Below, piece by piece: positions 1 to 9,660 of a stretch of DNA of 64,000 bases. The stretch is taken from contig PHCU01000018.1 in the NCBI GenBank assembly GCA_002842345.1, positions 2,404-66,403 of the forward strand. The letters are read 5' to 3'. A program made the translations under genes and the position numbers. Each line of letters begins with the position of its first letter. Position 1 is the first letter of the stretch. The stretch is from Betaproteobacteria bacterium HGW-Betaproteobacteria-12. GTDB lineage: Bacteria > Pseudomonadota > Gammaproteobacteria > Burkholderiales > Rhodocyclaceae. Under the pieces are notes generated by a model, which saw only the letters and a list, made by a program, of their open reading frames with translations, did no database searches and was not told the DNA's origin.

Positions 1-902
1 CGCCCTTCACCACCCAGGCGATCGGCAACATGCTGTCCCAGATGGGCGTCAACCTGACCCAGGACCAGGCGCAGCGGCTGCAGTTGAAGAACGTCGCCGC
101 CGTGATGCTGACGGCGGTCCTGCCGCCATTTGCCCGTCCCGGTCAGCCGATCGACGTCACCGTTTCGTCGATGGGCAACGCCAAGAGCCTGCGCGGCGGC
201 ACCTTGCTGATGACGCAGCTGAAGGGCGGCGACGGCCAGGTCTATGCCATCGCCCAGGGCAATGTGCTGGTCGGCGGCATCGGCGCCACCTCGGGCAATT
301 CGAAAGTCACGGTCAACCATCTGGCCGCCGGCCGCATTCCCAGCGGCGCCACGGTCGAACGGGCGGTGCCGACGGCGCTCGGGCAGGGCGGCTATGTCTA
401 TTACGAACTGGCGGAGACCGATTTCGGCAATGCCCAGGTGCTCGTCGAGGCGATCAACAAGAGCATGGGCCAGGGTACGGCGCAGGCCCTCGACGGTCGA
501 CGGATCGCTGTGCGGGCGCCTGAGGATCTGAGTGCGCGCGTCGCTTTCCTCGGCCGGGTTGACAATCTGGAAATCAAGCGCCAGGCCGGCGCCGCCAAGG
601 TGGTGATCAATCCGCGCACCGGCTCGGTGGTGATGAACCAGCGGGTCAGCATCGAGGCCTGTACCGTCGCCCACGGCAGCCTGTCGGTGGTGGTCGAAGG
701 GGCGCAGCCGCAGTTCGGCCAGCCGGCGGACATCCAGGTCAAGCAGGACGGCAGCAGCCTGATCAACGTCAAGGCTGGCGTCAATCTGGCCGACGTGGTC
801 AAGGCGCTGAACGCACTCGGCGCCAACCCGCTCGACCTGCTGGCCATCCTCCAGGCGATGAAGTCCGCCGGTGCCCTGCGCGCCGACCTGGAAGTGATCT
901 AG
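1..902 (+). CDS. flgI: Flagellar P-ring protein FlgI (5' end outside the window)
   Basis: Frame is open from the window start (PFTTQAIGNM...). Motifs LKNVAAVM, DVTVSSMGNAKSLRGGTLL, C-terminal ILQAMKSAGALRADLEVI. Confidence 0.95.
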   Translation, partial: PFTTQAIGNMLSQMGVNLTQDQAQRLQLKNVAAVMLTAVLPPFARPGQPIDVTVSSMGNAKSLRGGTLLMTQLKGGDGQVYAIAQGNVLVGGIGATSGNSKVTVNHLAAGRIPSGATVERAVPTALGQGGYVYYELAETDFGNAQVLVEAINKSMGQGTAQALDGRRIAVRAPEDLSARVAFLGRVDNLEIKRQAGAAKVVINPRTGSVVMNQRVSIEACTVAHGSLSVVVEGAQPQFGQPADIQVKQDGSSLINVKAGVNLADVVKALNALGANPLDLLAILQAMKSAGALRADLEVI

Positions 903-910
903 GGCCGGCT

Positions 911-1871
911 ATGGCAATCAAGATCCAGAACGTGCCGAACCGGGCCGCCTTCGACGTCAAGTCGGCCCAGGACTTGCGGACCCAGTTTGCCAAGAATCCG
1001 CAGGAAGGGCTGAAAGCGGCTTCCCAGCAGTTCGAGCAGATGTTCCTGCAGATGGTCATGAAGAGCATGCGCGACACGGTGCCGCAAGATGGTCTGCTGA
1101 ACAGCGACCAGTCGCGTTTCTACACCGCGCTGCTCGACCAGCAGATGGCGCAGAATCTGGCCAGCAGCGGCAATGGCATCGGCTTTGCGCGCCTGATCGA
1201 ACAGCAGCTCGGACGTACCGTCAGCGACGGCAAGGAACTAGCGGCCCCCGGCGAGGCGGCAAACGCTGCCGGCAATTCCCTGCCGCCGACCGTGGTCGAC
1301 AGTCGCCATCTGCGCCATACGCCGGTACCCGGCACGCTGCCGACCTCGGCGGCCTACGTCGCGCCGGTCAAGGCCGCGGTTGCGGCGGTTGCAGCGAACA
1401 ACGCCGATGTGCCGGCAACCGCCCGCGATCTGGCCGCATGCCGTCGAGGCCTCGCGCTCGACCGGCATCCCGCCGCAGTTCCTGGTCGCCCAATCGGCGC
1501 TGGAGAGCGGCTGGGGGCGCAACGAGCTCCGTCACGCCGATGGCTCGTCCAGCCATAACCTGTTCGGTATCAAGGCCGGCAAGAACTGGAGCGGCGCGAC
1601 CGTCGAGGCGGCCACCACCGAGTACGTCAATGGCCAGCCGCAGCAGGTGGTCGAGCGTTTCCGCGCCTACGCCTCCTATGAAGAAAGCTTCCGCGACTAC
1701 GCGGTGCTGCTGCGCGACAGCTCGCGCTACAGCAGCGTCATCGGTTCCCAGGATGGCACGGAGTTTGCGAGACGTCTGCAGCAGGCAGGGTATGCCACCG
1801 ATCCGATGTACGCCGACAAGCTGGCACGCATCATCAATGGGCCGACCCTCCGCCAGGCGCTGATCGGTTGA
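911..1871 (+). pseudogene. flgJ: FlgJ rod-cap/muramidase, frameshifted near 1430
   Basis: The rod-binding domain (AASQQFEQMFLQMVMKSMR) is in ORF 911..1558. The muramidase domain (WPHAVEASRSTG..ALESGWG..NLFGIKA..GYATDPMY) is in a different frame (ORF 1380..1871). The switch is at GCCCGCGAT-C-TGGCCGCAT. Confidence 0.85.
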
Positions 1872-1879
1872 TGCGCCGC

Positions 1880-1906
1880 TAAACTTTGCGGCCGACCGGT
1901 CGTTAA
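1880..1906 (+). promoter_or_regulatory. Sigma-28 (FliA) promoter for flgKL
   Basis: TAAACTTT-N11-GTCGTTAA, versus consensus TAAAGTTT-N11-GCCGATAA, just upstream of flgK. Confidence 0.75.
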
Positions 1907-1920
1907 CCTCAATGAGGTGA

Positions 1921-3930
1921 ATGATGAGTTCAGGAATTTTCGGTATCGGTGTCAGTGGCATTGCCGCCGCCCAATTGGGTTTGCTGGCGACCGAGCATAA
2001 CGTGGTCAATGCCAACACGCCGGGCTATACCCGGCAGCGGACGCTCCAGGCGACCAATATCGCGGTCAATACCGGCGCCGGGTCGATCGGCCAGGGTGTG
2101 CATGTGCAGACCATCACGCGCATGTACGATGCATTCATCACCAAGCAGGTGGATACTGCCCAGACCAAGGTCAGCCAGCTCGACGCCTTCTATAGCCAGA
2201 TCAAGCAGATCGACAACATGCTGGCCGATTCCGATGCCGGTATTTCTCCTGCGTTGCAGGACTTTTTCTCCGGTGTCCAGCAGGTGGCCTCCAACCCCTC
2301 GCTGCTGCCCGCCCGCCAAGCGATGGTTTCCTCGGCCCAGACGCTGGTCGAACGCTTCCGTAGCATGGATGCACGCCTGGTTGAGATCAACGGTGAAGTC
2401 AATGGCCGCATCAGCGATGCAGTGACGCAGGTCAACACTTACGCCGGCCTGATTGCCGAGGTCAATCAACAAATCGTTGTTTCGCAAGCCAGCTACAATC
2501 AGCCGCCGAACGACCTGCTTGATCAGCGCGACAGCCTGATTTCCGACCTCAACCGTTTGATCAAGGTATCGACCACGACCAATTCCGATGGCAGTTCCAA
2601 TGTCTTCATTGGCAGCGGCCAGCAACTGGTCATCGGCGGCACGGCCCAGCAGATGACGGCAACGCCCTCTGTGGCCGATCCAACGCGGATCGTGGTCGGC
2701 CTGCAGACCCCCGGCGGTCCTCTGGAGCTTCCTGAATCCTTGGTCGTCGGCGGCGAACTGGGCGGTCTGGTCGCCTTCCGTGCGGCATCGCTCGACCGGG
2801 TAGCTAACGAGGTCGGCCGCATGGCGGCTTCGCTGACGCTGACGTTCAATGCCCAGCTCGGCCTAGGGCAGGATCTGCAGGGGCGTATAGCCGGCGAAAC
2901 CGGATTTGTCGGTAGCTTGTTTACGATGTCCGCCCCCCAGGTGCTGGACAACGCTTTCAATACCGGCGCTGGCGTACTGAGCGCTGCATTTGCGCCGCCC
3001 ACCGCCCCGACTCCGCCGGATTTCAGTGGCAATTTTTCGACCGAACTCAGCGCCAGCAACTACCAGATCAGCTTTGGTGCTGCTGGCGCCTACACGGTCA
3101 CCCGCCTGACCGACAATCAGACGGTGGGTAGTGGTAGCGGCCCAGGCGTGGCCAACTTCGATGGCATCAATCTGACCATTTCGACGGTCGGTAATGATGG
3201 CGACAAATTCAAGATCGAGCCTTACGCGCAAGTCGCCCGGAACATCGGTGTCGATGCCCGAATCGCCGCTGACCCGCGCCTGATCGCTGCCGCGGCGCCC
3301 GTCCGGGTGACGCCGGACGTCGCCAATACGGGATCGCTGCAAATTTCCCAGGGTATCGTCGGGACGGGGTATACGGCACCGGCGGCACCCGTTGCCTTGA
3401 CGGCGACGCCGACCCTGCTGCAAGGCGTGCCAGGGGCATGGACCGCAGTCTACTCGGACGGTTCGAGCGTTCCCGGTGCCGGTGATATTCCCCTGACCAG
3501 CGGTGCGGCGACACTGGCCGGGTTCACCTTCAATAATATGCATTTCACCGTAGCCGGTACGCCGCCGGCCGCCGGTAGCGATAGTTTTGTCGTCGAGCGC
3601 AATGCAGCGGGGGTCCAGGACGGTCGCAACGCCGTCCTCTTTGCCAAACTGCAAACGCAGAACACGGTCGACGGCGGCACCAGCACCTATCAGGGGGTCT
3701 ATGCCAAGCTGGTGGCCGATAACGGCATCCGCACGCGCGAAGCCAAGGTTCAGCTCGATGCCCAGACCTCGGTTCTGCAACAGGCCGAAGCGACGCGCGA
3801 GGCCTTGTCCGGCGTCAATCTCGATGAGGAGGCGGCCAACATGCTGAAATTCCAGCGGGCCTACCAAGCATCGTCGAAAATCCTGGAGATCGGCAACAAG
3901 CTGTTTGACACCATCCTGTCGCTCGGCTGA
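1921..3930 (+). CDS. flgK: Hook-associated protein FlgK
   Basis: HNVVNANTPGYTRQ at the N-terminus, PNDLLDQRD, SGVNLDEEAANMLKFQRAYQAS at the C-terminus. Confidence 0.95.
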   Translation: MMSSGIFGIGVSGIAAAQLGLLATEHNVVNANTPGYTRQRTLQATNIAVNTGAGSIGQGVHVQTITRMYDAFITKQVDTAQTKVSQLDAFYSQIKQIDNMLADSDAGISPALQDFFSGVQQVASNPSLLPARQAMVSSAQTLVERFRSMDARLVEINGEVNGRISDAVTQVNTYAGLIAEVNQQIVVSQASYNQPPNDLLDQRDSLISDLNRLIKVSTTTNSDGSSNVFIGSGQQLVIGGTAQQMTATPSVADPTRIVVGLQTPGGPLELPESLVVGGELGGLVAFRAASLDRVANEVGRMAASLTLTFNAQLGLGQDLQGRIAGETGFVGSLFTMSAPQVLDNAFNTGAGVLSAAFAPPTAPTPPDFSGNFSTELSASNYQISFGAAGAYTVTRLTDNQTVGSGSGPGVANFDGINLTISTVGNDGDKFKIEPYAQVARNIGVDARIAADPRLIAAAAPVRVTPDVANTGSLQISQGIVGTGYTAPAAPVALTATPTLLQGVPGAWTAVYSDGSSVPGAGDIPLTSGAATLAGFTFNNMHFTVAGTPPAAGSDSFVVERNAAGVQDGRNAVLFAKLQTQNTVDGGTSTYQGVYAKLVADNGIRTREAKVQLDAQTSVLQQAEATREALSGVNLDEEAANMLKFQRAYQASSKILEIGNKLFDTILSLG

Positions 3931-3944
3931 AAGGAGTCACGATC

Positions 3945-4904
3945 ATGCGAGTCAGCACCTCTCAAATTTTCAATTCGGGCACGGTCGGCATCCAGAACCG
4001 CCAGTTCGACCTGTTCAAGGTACAGCAGCAATTGTCCACCGGGCGCCGCATCCTGTCACCGGAGGACGACCCGATCGGCGCTTCGCAGGCATTGCAGGTC
4101 AGCCAGTCGAAAGGGGTCAACAAGCAATTCCTGGACAACATGGCCAGTGCCAAGAGCAATCTCAATTTGCTCGATTCGACCCTGAACGGGGTCGAGGACG
4201 AACTGCAGAATATTTACGAACGCGCCGTCCAGGCGGGCAACAGCAGCTACAGCCCGGCCCAGCGCGGCATGCTCGCCGAGGAGTTGAAGCGTCGCCTGGA
4301 AAGCCTGGTTGGCCTGGCCAATACTCAGGATGGGACCGGCCTTTATATTTTTGCCGGCTTCAAGTCGTCGACCCAGCCCTTCGCGGTGAATGCCGGCGCC
4401 ACGCCACCCTACGAACTGGGCGCCGGTACCCATGTCAACTACAGCGGCGATGCTGGCCAGCAGGCTTTGCAGGTCAGTGCCTCGCGCGTCATGAACATCT
4501 CCGAGAACGGCATTGATGTTTTCATGCAGGTCCGCGATGCTCAAGGCAGTGTCACCGGGCGCAGCATGTTCGACAGTCTGAAGAACATGATCGACATCCT
4601 CGATCCGGCCAGCGGTGTGCCATTCACGACCGCCGCCTATGGTCAGTCGCTGGACGACACGTCGGCGGCCATCGCCCATCTGTCGACCGTGCGCGCTTCG
4701 GTCGGTGCCCGGCTACAGTCGCTGGATAGCATGACGACAACGGCTGAAGATACCGGCTTCCTGTACGAGAGCCGTCTGTCGGAACTACAGGATCTCGACT
4801 ACACCGATGCCATCTCGCAGTTGTCGCGCTTCCAGTTGCAGCTTGAGGCGGCCCAGCTTTCCTTCAAACAGACCAGTCAGCTCAGCCTGTTCAACATTCT
4901 ATGA
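3945..4904 (+). CDS. flgL: Hook-associated protein FlgL
   Basis: QQQLSTGRRILSPEDDP, GLYIFAG, QDLDYTDAIS, LSLFNIL C-terminus; follows flgK. Confidence 0.95.
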   Translation: MRVSTSQIFNSGTVGIQNRQFDLFKVQQQLSTGRRILSPEDDPIGASQALQVSQSKGVNKQFLDNMASAKSNLNLLDSTLNGVEDELQNIYERAVQAGNSSYSPAQRGMLAEELKRRLESLVGLANTQDGTGLYIFAGFKSSTQPFAVNAGATPPYELGAGTHVNYSGDAGQQALQVSASRVMNISENGIDVFMQVRDAQGSVTGRSMFDSLKNMIDILDPASGVPFTTAAYGQSLDDTSAAIAHLSTVRASVGARLQSLDSMTTTAEDTGFLYESRLSELQDLDYTDAISQLSRFQLQLEAAQLSFKQTSQLSLFNIL

Positions 4905-5365
4905 GATCTGCCGTCCTCCTGATCGCCGGTGTGCTCGTCCTAAGCGGCTGCAGTTCCAGCGGCTCCAGTGCTTCACCGCTGATTCCCGACAAGGTGATTC
5001 AGCTGACCGCCAAGAACTCGATCTCGCTCTCCAGGCTGGCGACGGCCGCCGTCGTCGTTGCGGCAATCTACGTAGTTTACGATCCGCTGGCGCCTAATTG
5101 GGAAATCGAGGAGGCACGGCTGAACGACACGACCTACCGGCTGTCGATGAAGATGAAGCGCTATCACACGGGCGGCTCCGGCGAGTCGATCCAGCTGCTC
5201 AAGCGTCGCGCCAGCCAGTTGCAGTACGAGCAGGGGTTCGGTAGCTACCAGATCCTCGAATATACCGAGGGTATCGATTCACAGACCATCGGTGCTCGTC
5301 GCGTGGCGGAAGGTGTCATTCGCCTGGTTCAGCAGCCACAGGCCGATTCCTTCCTGCAGAACTAA
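4901..5365 (+). CDS. Hypothetical lipoprotein coupled to flgL
   Basis: Signal peptide with lipobox VLSGC; ATGA overlap with the flgL stop codon. Confidence 0.7.
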   Translation: MRSAVLLIAGVLVLSGCSSSGSSASPLIPDKVIQLTAKNSISLSRLATAAVVVAAIYVVYDPLAPNWEIEEARLNDTTYRLSMKMKRYHTGGSGESIQLLKRRASQLQYEQGFGSYQILEYTEGIDSQTIGARRVAEGVIRLVQQPQADSFLQN

Positions 5366-6141
5366 CGCACTACGGCAAAACCAAGCATGGCGCTCATGCC
5401 TATCTCGAATATGGCCTGGATGGGTTCGGCCATGTAGTGCATGCTGATGGCTAGGGCAAAGAAGCCGCCGATCAGGGTCAGCGGGAAACCCAGGGCAAAG
5501 ATGTTCAGTTGGGGGGCGGCCCGGGTCAGCACAGCCAGAGCGATGTTGGTGATCATCAGGGCGACGACGACCGGCAGGGAAAGCAACAGGCCGGCCGAGA
5601 AGATGGTTCCGCCCAGGCGTACCAAGTTGAGCCAGGATTCGGCGGCCAGTGGTGTGGCGCTGACCGGTAAGGCAACGAAGCTTTGCGCCAGCGTGGCGAA
5701 ATAGAGCAGGTGGCCATTCATCGACAGGAACAGCAATAGCGCGATGAGACCGACGAATTCGGCAACGACCGGCGTCTGCGAGCCGCGTAGCGGATCGTAG
5801 AAAGTGGCGAAGCCGAGACCCATCTGGAAGCCCATGAATTCACCGGCGAGGTCGAAGGCGGCAAAAACAATGCGGGCGGCGAAGCCCATGCCGATGCCGA
5901 TCAGCATTTGCTGCAGCATGATCCACAGGCCGGCCAGCGATGCCGGCTGGACGTCCGGCATTGGCGGCAGTGCAGGAGCAATGGCCAGCGTGATGGCCAA
6001 GCCTAGGATCAGGCGGGTGCGCTGCGGGATGGCGGCCGTGCTCCATAGCGGGGCCGAGGCGATAAAGCCGAGGATGCGGGCCAGTGGGAAAATGAAGGCG
6101 ACGATCCAGGCGTCGATCTGGGTCGAGCCGATGCTGATCAT
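5362..6141 (-). CDS. fliR: Flagellar export protein FliR
   Basis: AGEFMGFQMGLGFATFYDP, RAAPQLNIFALGFP; start taken at MISIGS. Confidence 0.93.
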   Translation of the reverse strand: MISIGSTQIDAWIVAFIFPLARILGFIASAPLWSTAAIPQRTRLILGLAITLAIAPALPPMPDVQPASLAGLWIMLQQMLIGIGMGFAARIVFAAFDLAGEFMGFQMGLGFATFYDPLRGSQTPVVAEFVGLIALLLFLSMNGHLLYFATLAQSFVALPVSATPLAAESWLNLVRLGGTIFSAGLLLSLPVVVALMITNIALAVLTRAAPQLNIFALGFPLTLIGGFFALAISMHYMAEPIQAIFEIGMSAMLGFAVVR

Positions 6142-6143
6142 GG

Positions 6144-6413
6144 CTAACCGATCAGTTGCGGAATACTGCCAAACAGACGCTGGATATAGTCGATCAGGTA
6201 TTGCAGCATCCACGGCCCGAAGAGCAGGATGACAACAAACATGGAAATCAGTTTGGGGACGAACTGCAGTGTCGATTCATTGATCTGCGTGGCTGCCTGG
6301 AAGATGCTGATAATCAGGCCGACGACCAGGGCCGTGATGAGGGTCGGCGCGGCGATGATCAGGGTGACCTCGATCGCCTGGCGGCCGATTTCCATGACCG
6401 TACCCGGCGTCAT
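6144..6413 (-). CDS. fliQ: Flagellar export protein FliQ
   Basis: GLIISIFQAATQINESTLQFVPK. Confidence 0.95.
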   Translation of the reverse strand: MTPGTVMEIGRQAIEVTLIIAAPTLITALVVGLIISIFQAATQINESTLQFVPKLISMFVVILLFGPWMLQYLIDYIQRLFGSIPQLIG

Positions 6414-7156
6414 GGCGTGAAGCTCTGTACTAGCGAGCCGATGACCAGATGCCAGCCATCGACCAGCACGAACAGCATCAGCTTGAAAGGTAGGGCGACC
6501 ATGATCGGCGACATCATCATCATACCCATCGACATCAGCAGGCTGGCGACAACCATGTCGATGACCAGAAAGGGAATGAACAGGATGAAACCGATCTGGA
6601 AAGCAGTTTTCAGTTCGCTGATGACGAAGGCCGGGACCAGAACCCGCAGCGGGATATCGTCCGGCTTTTCGAAGCGTTCAGCTTTGGCGATGCCGGCGAA
6701 CAGGGCGAGGTCGGACTCGCGCGTCTGCTTGAGCATGAAGCCGCGCAACGGCACAGCTGCCCGCTCGGCGGCCTGCATCACGTTGATGCGGTTTTCCGAC
6801 AGCGGCAGGTAGGCCTCGGTGTAGACACGATCAAGCACCGGGCTCATGACGAAGAAGGTGAGGAACAGCGCCAGGCCGATCAGTACCTGATTGGGCGGCG
6901 AGGTCTGCGTGCCGAGGGCGTGGCGCAGCAGCGAGAGCACGATGACGATGCGCGTGAAGCTGGTCATCATCAGCACGGCGGCTGGGATGAAGGTCAGCGC
7001 CGTCATCAGCAGCAGGGTCTGGATGGTCAGCGAATAGGTTGTGCCGCCGCCGGCGGCCGGGCTGCTGGTCACCGCCGGCAGGCCGCCCGCGGCCTGGGCG
7101 AAGGCCAGACCGGCCGGCAGCAGCAGGGCGAAGACCGCCAGCAGGCGCTTAATCAT
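6410..7156 (-). CDS. fliP: Flagellar export protein FliP
   Basis: MTSFTRIVIVLSLLR, PPNQVLIGLALFLT, SELKTAFQIGF, LPFKLMLFVLVDGW. Confidence 0.95.
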   Translation of the reverse strand: MIKRLLAVFALLLPAGLAFAQAAGGLPAVTSSPAAGGGTTYSLTIQTLLLMTALTFIPAAVLMMTSFTRIVIVLSLLRHALGTQTSPPNQVLIGLALFLTFFVMSPVLDRVYTEAYLPLSENRINVMQAAERAAVPLRGFMLKQTRESDLALFAGIAKAERFEKPDDIPLRVLVPAFVISELKTAFQIGFILFIPFLVIDMVVASLLMSMGMMMMSPIMVALPFKLMLFVLVDGWHLVIGSLVQSFTP

Positions 7157-7556
7157 GCTGCCGTCGCTCGCCGATGTGCTGCAGCCACTGGGCAAACGGA
7201 CGTTGCCCGGTTGTTGCCGCGTTCTCGGCCGTCAGGTCGCCCTTGGCCAGGCGATGCAGGGTGCGGATCTGGCCCGGAACGATGCCAATGACCAGCCATT
7301 CCTCGCCAACTTCGAGCAGCACGATGCGCTCGCGCGGGCCGAGGGCCACGCCGCCGAGGACGCGTATCCCGCCCTGGCCGAAGCCCTTGCCGCCGGTGAC
7401 CTTGCGGGCCAGCCAGGCGGCGCCGATGAGCAGGCTGACGATCAGGGCAAGGGCCAGGCCGGCCTGCAGATAGGTGCCGGCGCCGACACCGGGCGACGCC
7501 GTGTCGGTGGCCGCCGCCGCGGTCAGGGGAAGGAGCAGGGGAATGAAGCGCAGCAA
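7149..7556 (-). CDS. fliO: FliO
   Basis: TM segment followed by LGPRERIVLLEVGEEWLVIG; lies between fliN and fliP. Confidence 0.85.
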   Translation of the reverse strand: MLRFIPLLLPLTAAAATDTASPGVGAGTYLQAGLALALIVSLLIGAAWLARKVTGGKGFGQGGIRVLGGVALGPRERIVLLEVGEEWLVIGIVPGQIRTLHRLAKGDLTAENAATTGQRPFAQWLQHIGERRQHD

Positions 7557-7618
7557 GGAAAATGGCCCGTCACACGATGTGGTCAGGGCGCTATCTTAAA
7601 GCAATCCGGGCAGGGCGT

Positions 7619-8062
7619 TCAGCGGTTGATTTTGCGCATGCGTTCCGATGGCGTGATGATGTCGGTCAGCCGGATGCCGAACTTGTCATTGACGACAACG
7701 ACTTCGCCCTGGGCGATCAGCGTGCCGTTGACCAGCACATCCATCGGTTCGCCGGCCATGGCGTCGAGTTCGACTACCGAGCCGTGCGCCAGCTGCAGCA
7801 GGTTCTTGATGGTGATCTTGGTGCGGCCAAGTTCGACGGTGATCTGGACCGGAATGTCGAGGATCATGTCGAGTTCGTTCATCATCCCGGCGTTGGCGCC
7901 AACCCCGCCGAACGACGGGAAGATGTCGGCCGGTTGCGCACTGGCTGCCACCGCCGATTCAGTGACCGCCTGTTCGGCCATGGCAGCCGCCCAGTCGTCC
8001 TCGCTGATCTGGCCGTCGTCCTCGGTGACCGGGTTATCGAAGTTTTCCATTTCGTCAGCCAT
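7619..8062 (-). CDS. fliN: Motor switch protein FliN
   Basis: ILDIPVQITVELGRT, LIAQGEVVVVNDKFGIR; start taken at MADEMEN. Confidence 0.95.
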   Translation of the reverse strand: MADEMENFDNPVTEDDGQISEDDWAAAMAEQAVTESAVAASAQPADIFPSFGGVGANAGMMNELDMILDIPVQITVELGRTKITIKNLLQLAHGSVVELDAMAGEPMDVLVNGTLIAQGEVVVVNDKFGIRLTDIITPSERMRKINR

Positions 8063-9068
8063 TTTTTTCTCCCATCGCCGGCTCCGCGGCCGGTGTGTCG
8101 GACGATGCAACAAACCGTTCGACCTTCAATGCGTACTGGCCGTTCTGCTGGCCATAGGAACATTCCATCAGCGGGACGCTGTCGACCAGCGCCTCGATAT
8201 GCTGCGGGATGTTGATTGGAATGACATCGCCGACCTTGAGTTCGAGGATCTGCCCGAGGGTGATCTTGCCGTTGCCCAGATGGGCGACGATCTCGACCTC
8301 GGCGCCCTGTAACTGCTTGCGCAGGGTGATGATCCAGCGCTTGTCGGAAGACAACTGGTCGCTCTGCATGGTGCTGTAGAGCAGGTCGCGGATCGGTTCG
8401 AGCATCGAATAGGGGAAGCAGATGTGCATGTCGGCCGTGGCGCCACCGAATTCCAGCGTGAAGGTCGTCGATACGACGATTTCCGACGGCGTCGCGATAT
8501 TGGCGAACTGCGAATTCATCTCCGAGCGCACGTACTCGAAGTTGATGTCGTGCACCGGCTTCCACGACTTGCTGTACTCGGTGAACACGACACCGAGCAA
8601 GCCCTGGATGATGCGCTGCTCGGTGGCGGTGAAGTCGCGGCCTTCGACACGGGTGTGGAAGCGGCCGTCGCCGCCGAACATGTTATCGACGACGAGGAAT
8701 ACCAGGTTGGGATCGAAGACGAACAGCGCCGTACCGCGCAGCGGCTTGGCGACGACCAGATTCAGATTGGTCGGCACAACCAGATTGCGAATGAACTCGC
8801 TGTATTTCTGCACCCGGATCGGGCCGACGGAAATTTCGGCATTGCGGTGCATGTAGTTGAACAGCCCGATCCGCAGGTAACGGGCGAAGCGCTCGTTGAC
8901 CAGTTCGAGCGTCGGCATCCGGCCGCGGACAATGCGCTCCTGGGTGCCGATGTTGTAGGCACGGACATCGCCGCTGCCGGTGTCGTGCTCCTCGGGCTCG
9001 TCCGCTTCCCCGGTGACGCCCTTGAGCAGGGCATCAACCTCATCCTGGGAGAGAAAGTCGCCGGCCAT
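8055..9068 (-). CDS. fliM: Motor switch protein FliM
   Basis: FLSQDEVDALL CheY-binding motif, ERIVRGRMPTLE. Confidence 0.97.
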   Translation of the reverse strand: MAGDFLSQDEVDALLKGVTGEADEPEEHDTGSGDVRAYNIGTQERIVRGRMPTLELVNERFARYLRIGLFNYMHRNAEISVGPIRVQKYSEFIRNLVVPTNLNLVVAKPLRGTALFVFDPNLVFLVVDNMFGGDGRFHTRVEGRDFTATEQRIIQGLLGVVFTEYSKSWKPVHDINFEYVRSEMNSQFANIATPSEIVVSTTFTLEFGGATADMHICFPYSMLEPIRDLLYSTMQSDQLSSDKRWIITLRKQLQGAEVEIVAHLGNGKITLGQILELKVGDVIPINIPQHIEALVDSVPLMECSYGQQNGQYALKVERFVASSDTPAAEPAMGEKNG

Positions 9069-9074
9069 GGCTCC

Positions 9075-9629
9075 TTACTGGATGATGAAGGAGGTGAACA
9101 GGACGGACTTGACCGGTCCGTCGGTGGCCTTCTGGCCTCGGGCGGGCGGTTCGATCGCTGAATTGATTTCCGCCTTCAGCGCCTCGGCCAACATCTCCTT
9201 GCCTTCCTTGGGCAGGAGTTCCGAAGCCTTCTTCGACGACAGCAGTAGCGTGATGTTGTTGCGAATACGCGGCATCAGCGATTTCAGCGCGAGGTCTGCT
9301 TCGGGATTGTCGAGCTCGATGGAAAGGACGACCTGCAGGTACTGGTCGCCCGTTTCGGGCACCAGGTTGACAGTGAACGGTTCCAGATTGACGAATATCG
9401 GCGGAGCGGAGGGGGCCTCCTTCTTCTTTGCCTTTTTCGGCTTGGCCGTTTCTTCGGCGTACTCGTCGTCCTCATCCTCGGCGTTGCTGCCGGAGAGCAG
9501 CATGAAGGCGGCCCCGCCGCCGGCCAGTGCCAGTACCAGCACGGCAGACAGGATGATGATCAACAGTTTCTTGCTTTTCTTGGGCGCCTCAGCGGCTCCC
9601 TCCTCCGCCGGCTTGGCATCCTTGGCCAT
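9075..9629 (-). CDS. fliL: FliL
   Basis: N-terminal TM, FVNLEPFTVNL, VLFTSFIIQ. Confidence 0.93.
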   Translation of the reverse strand: MAKDAKPAEEGAAEAPKKSKKLLIIILSAVLVLALAGGGAAFMLLSGSNAEDEDDEYAEETAKPKKAKKKEAPSAPPIFVNLEPFTVNLVPETGDQYLQVVLSIELDNPEADLALKSLMPRIRNNITLLLSSKKASELLPKEGKEMLAEALKAEINSAIEPPARGQKATDGPVKSVLFTSFIIQ

Positions 9630-9660
9630 GTCTAATCCTCTCTAATCGATTCCGGGTGGT

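Noticed and set aside
680-750. FlgI segment shorter than the enteric protein (VVVEGAQPQFGQPADIQVKQ)
   Set aside because: In frame and in a variable loop; cannot be distinguished from normal lineage variation without an alignment.
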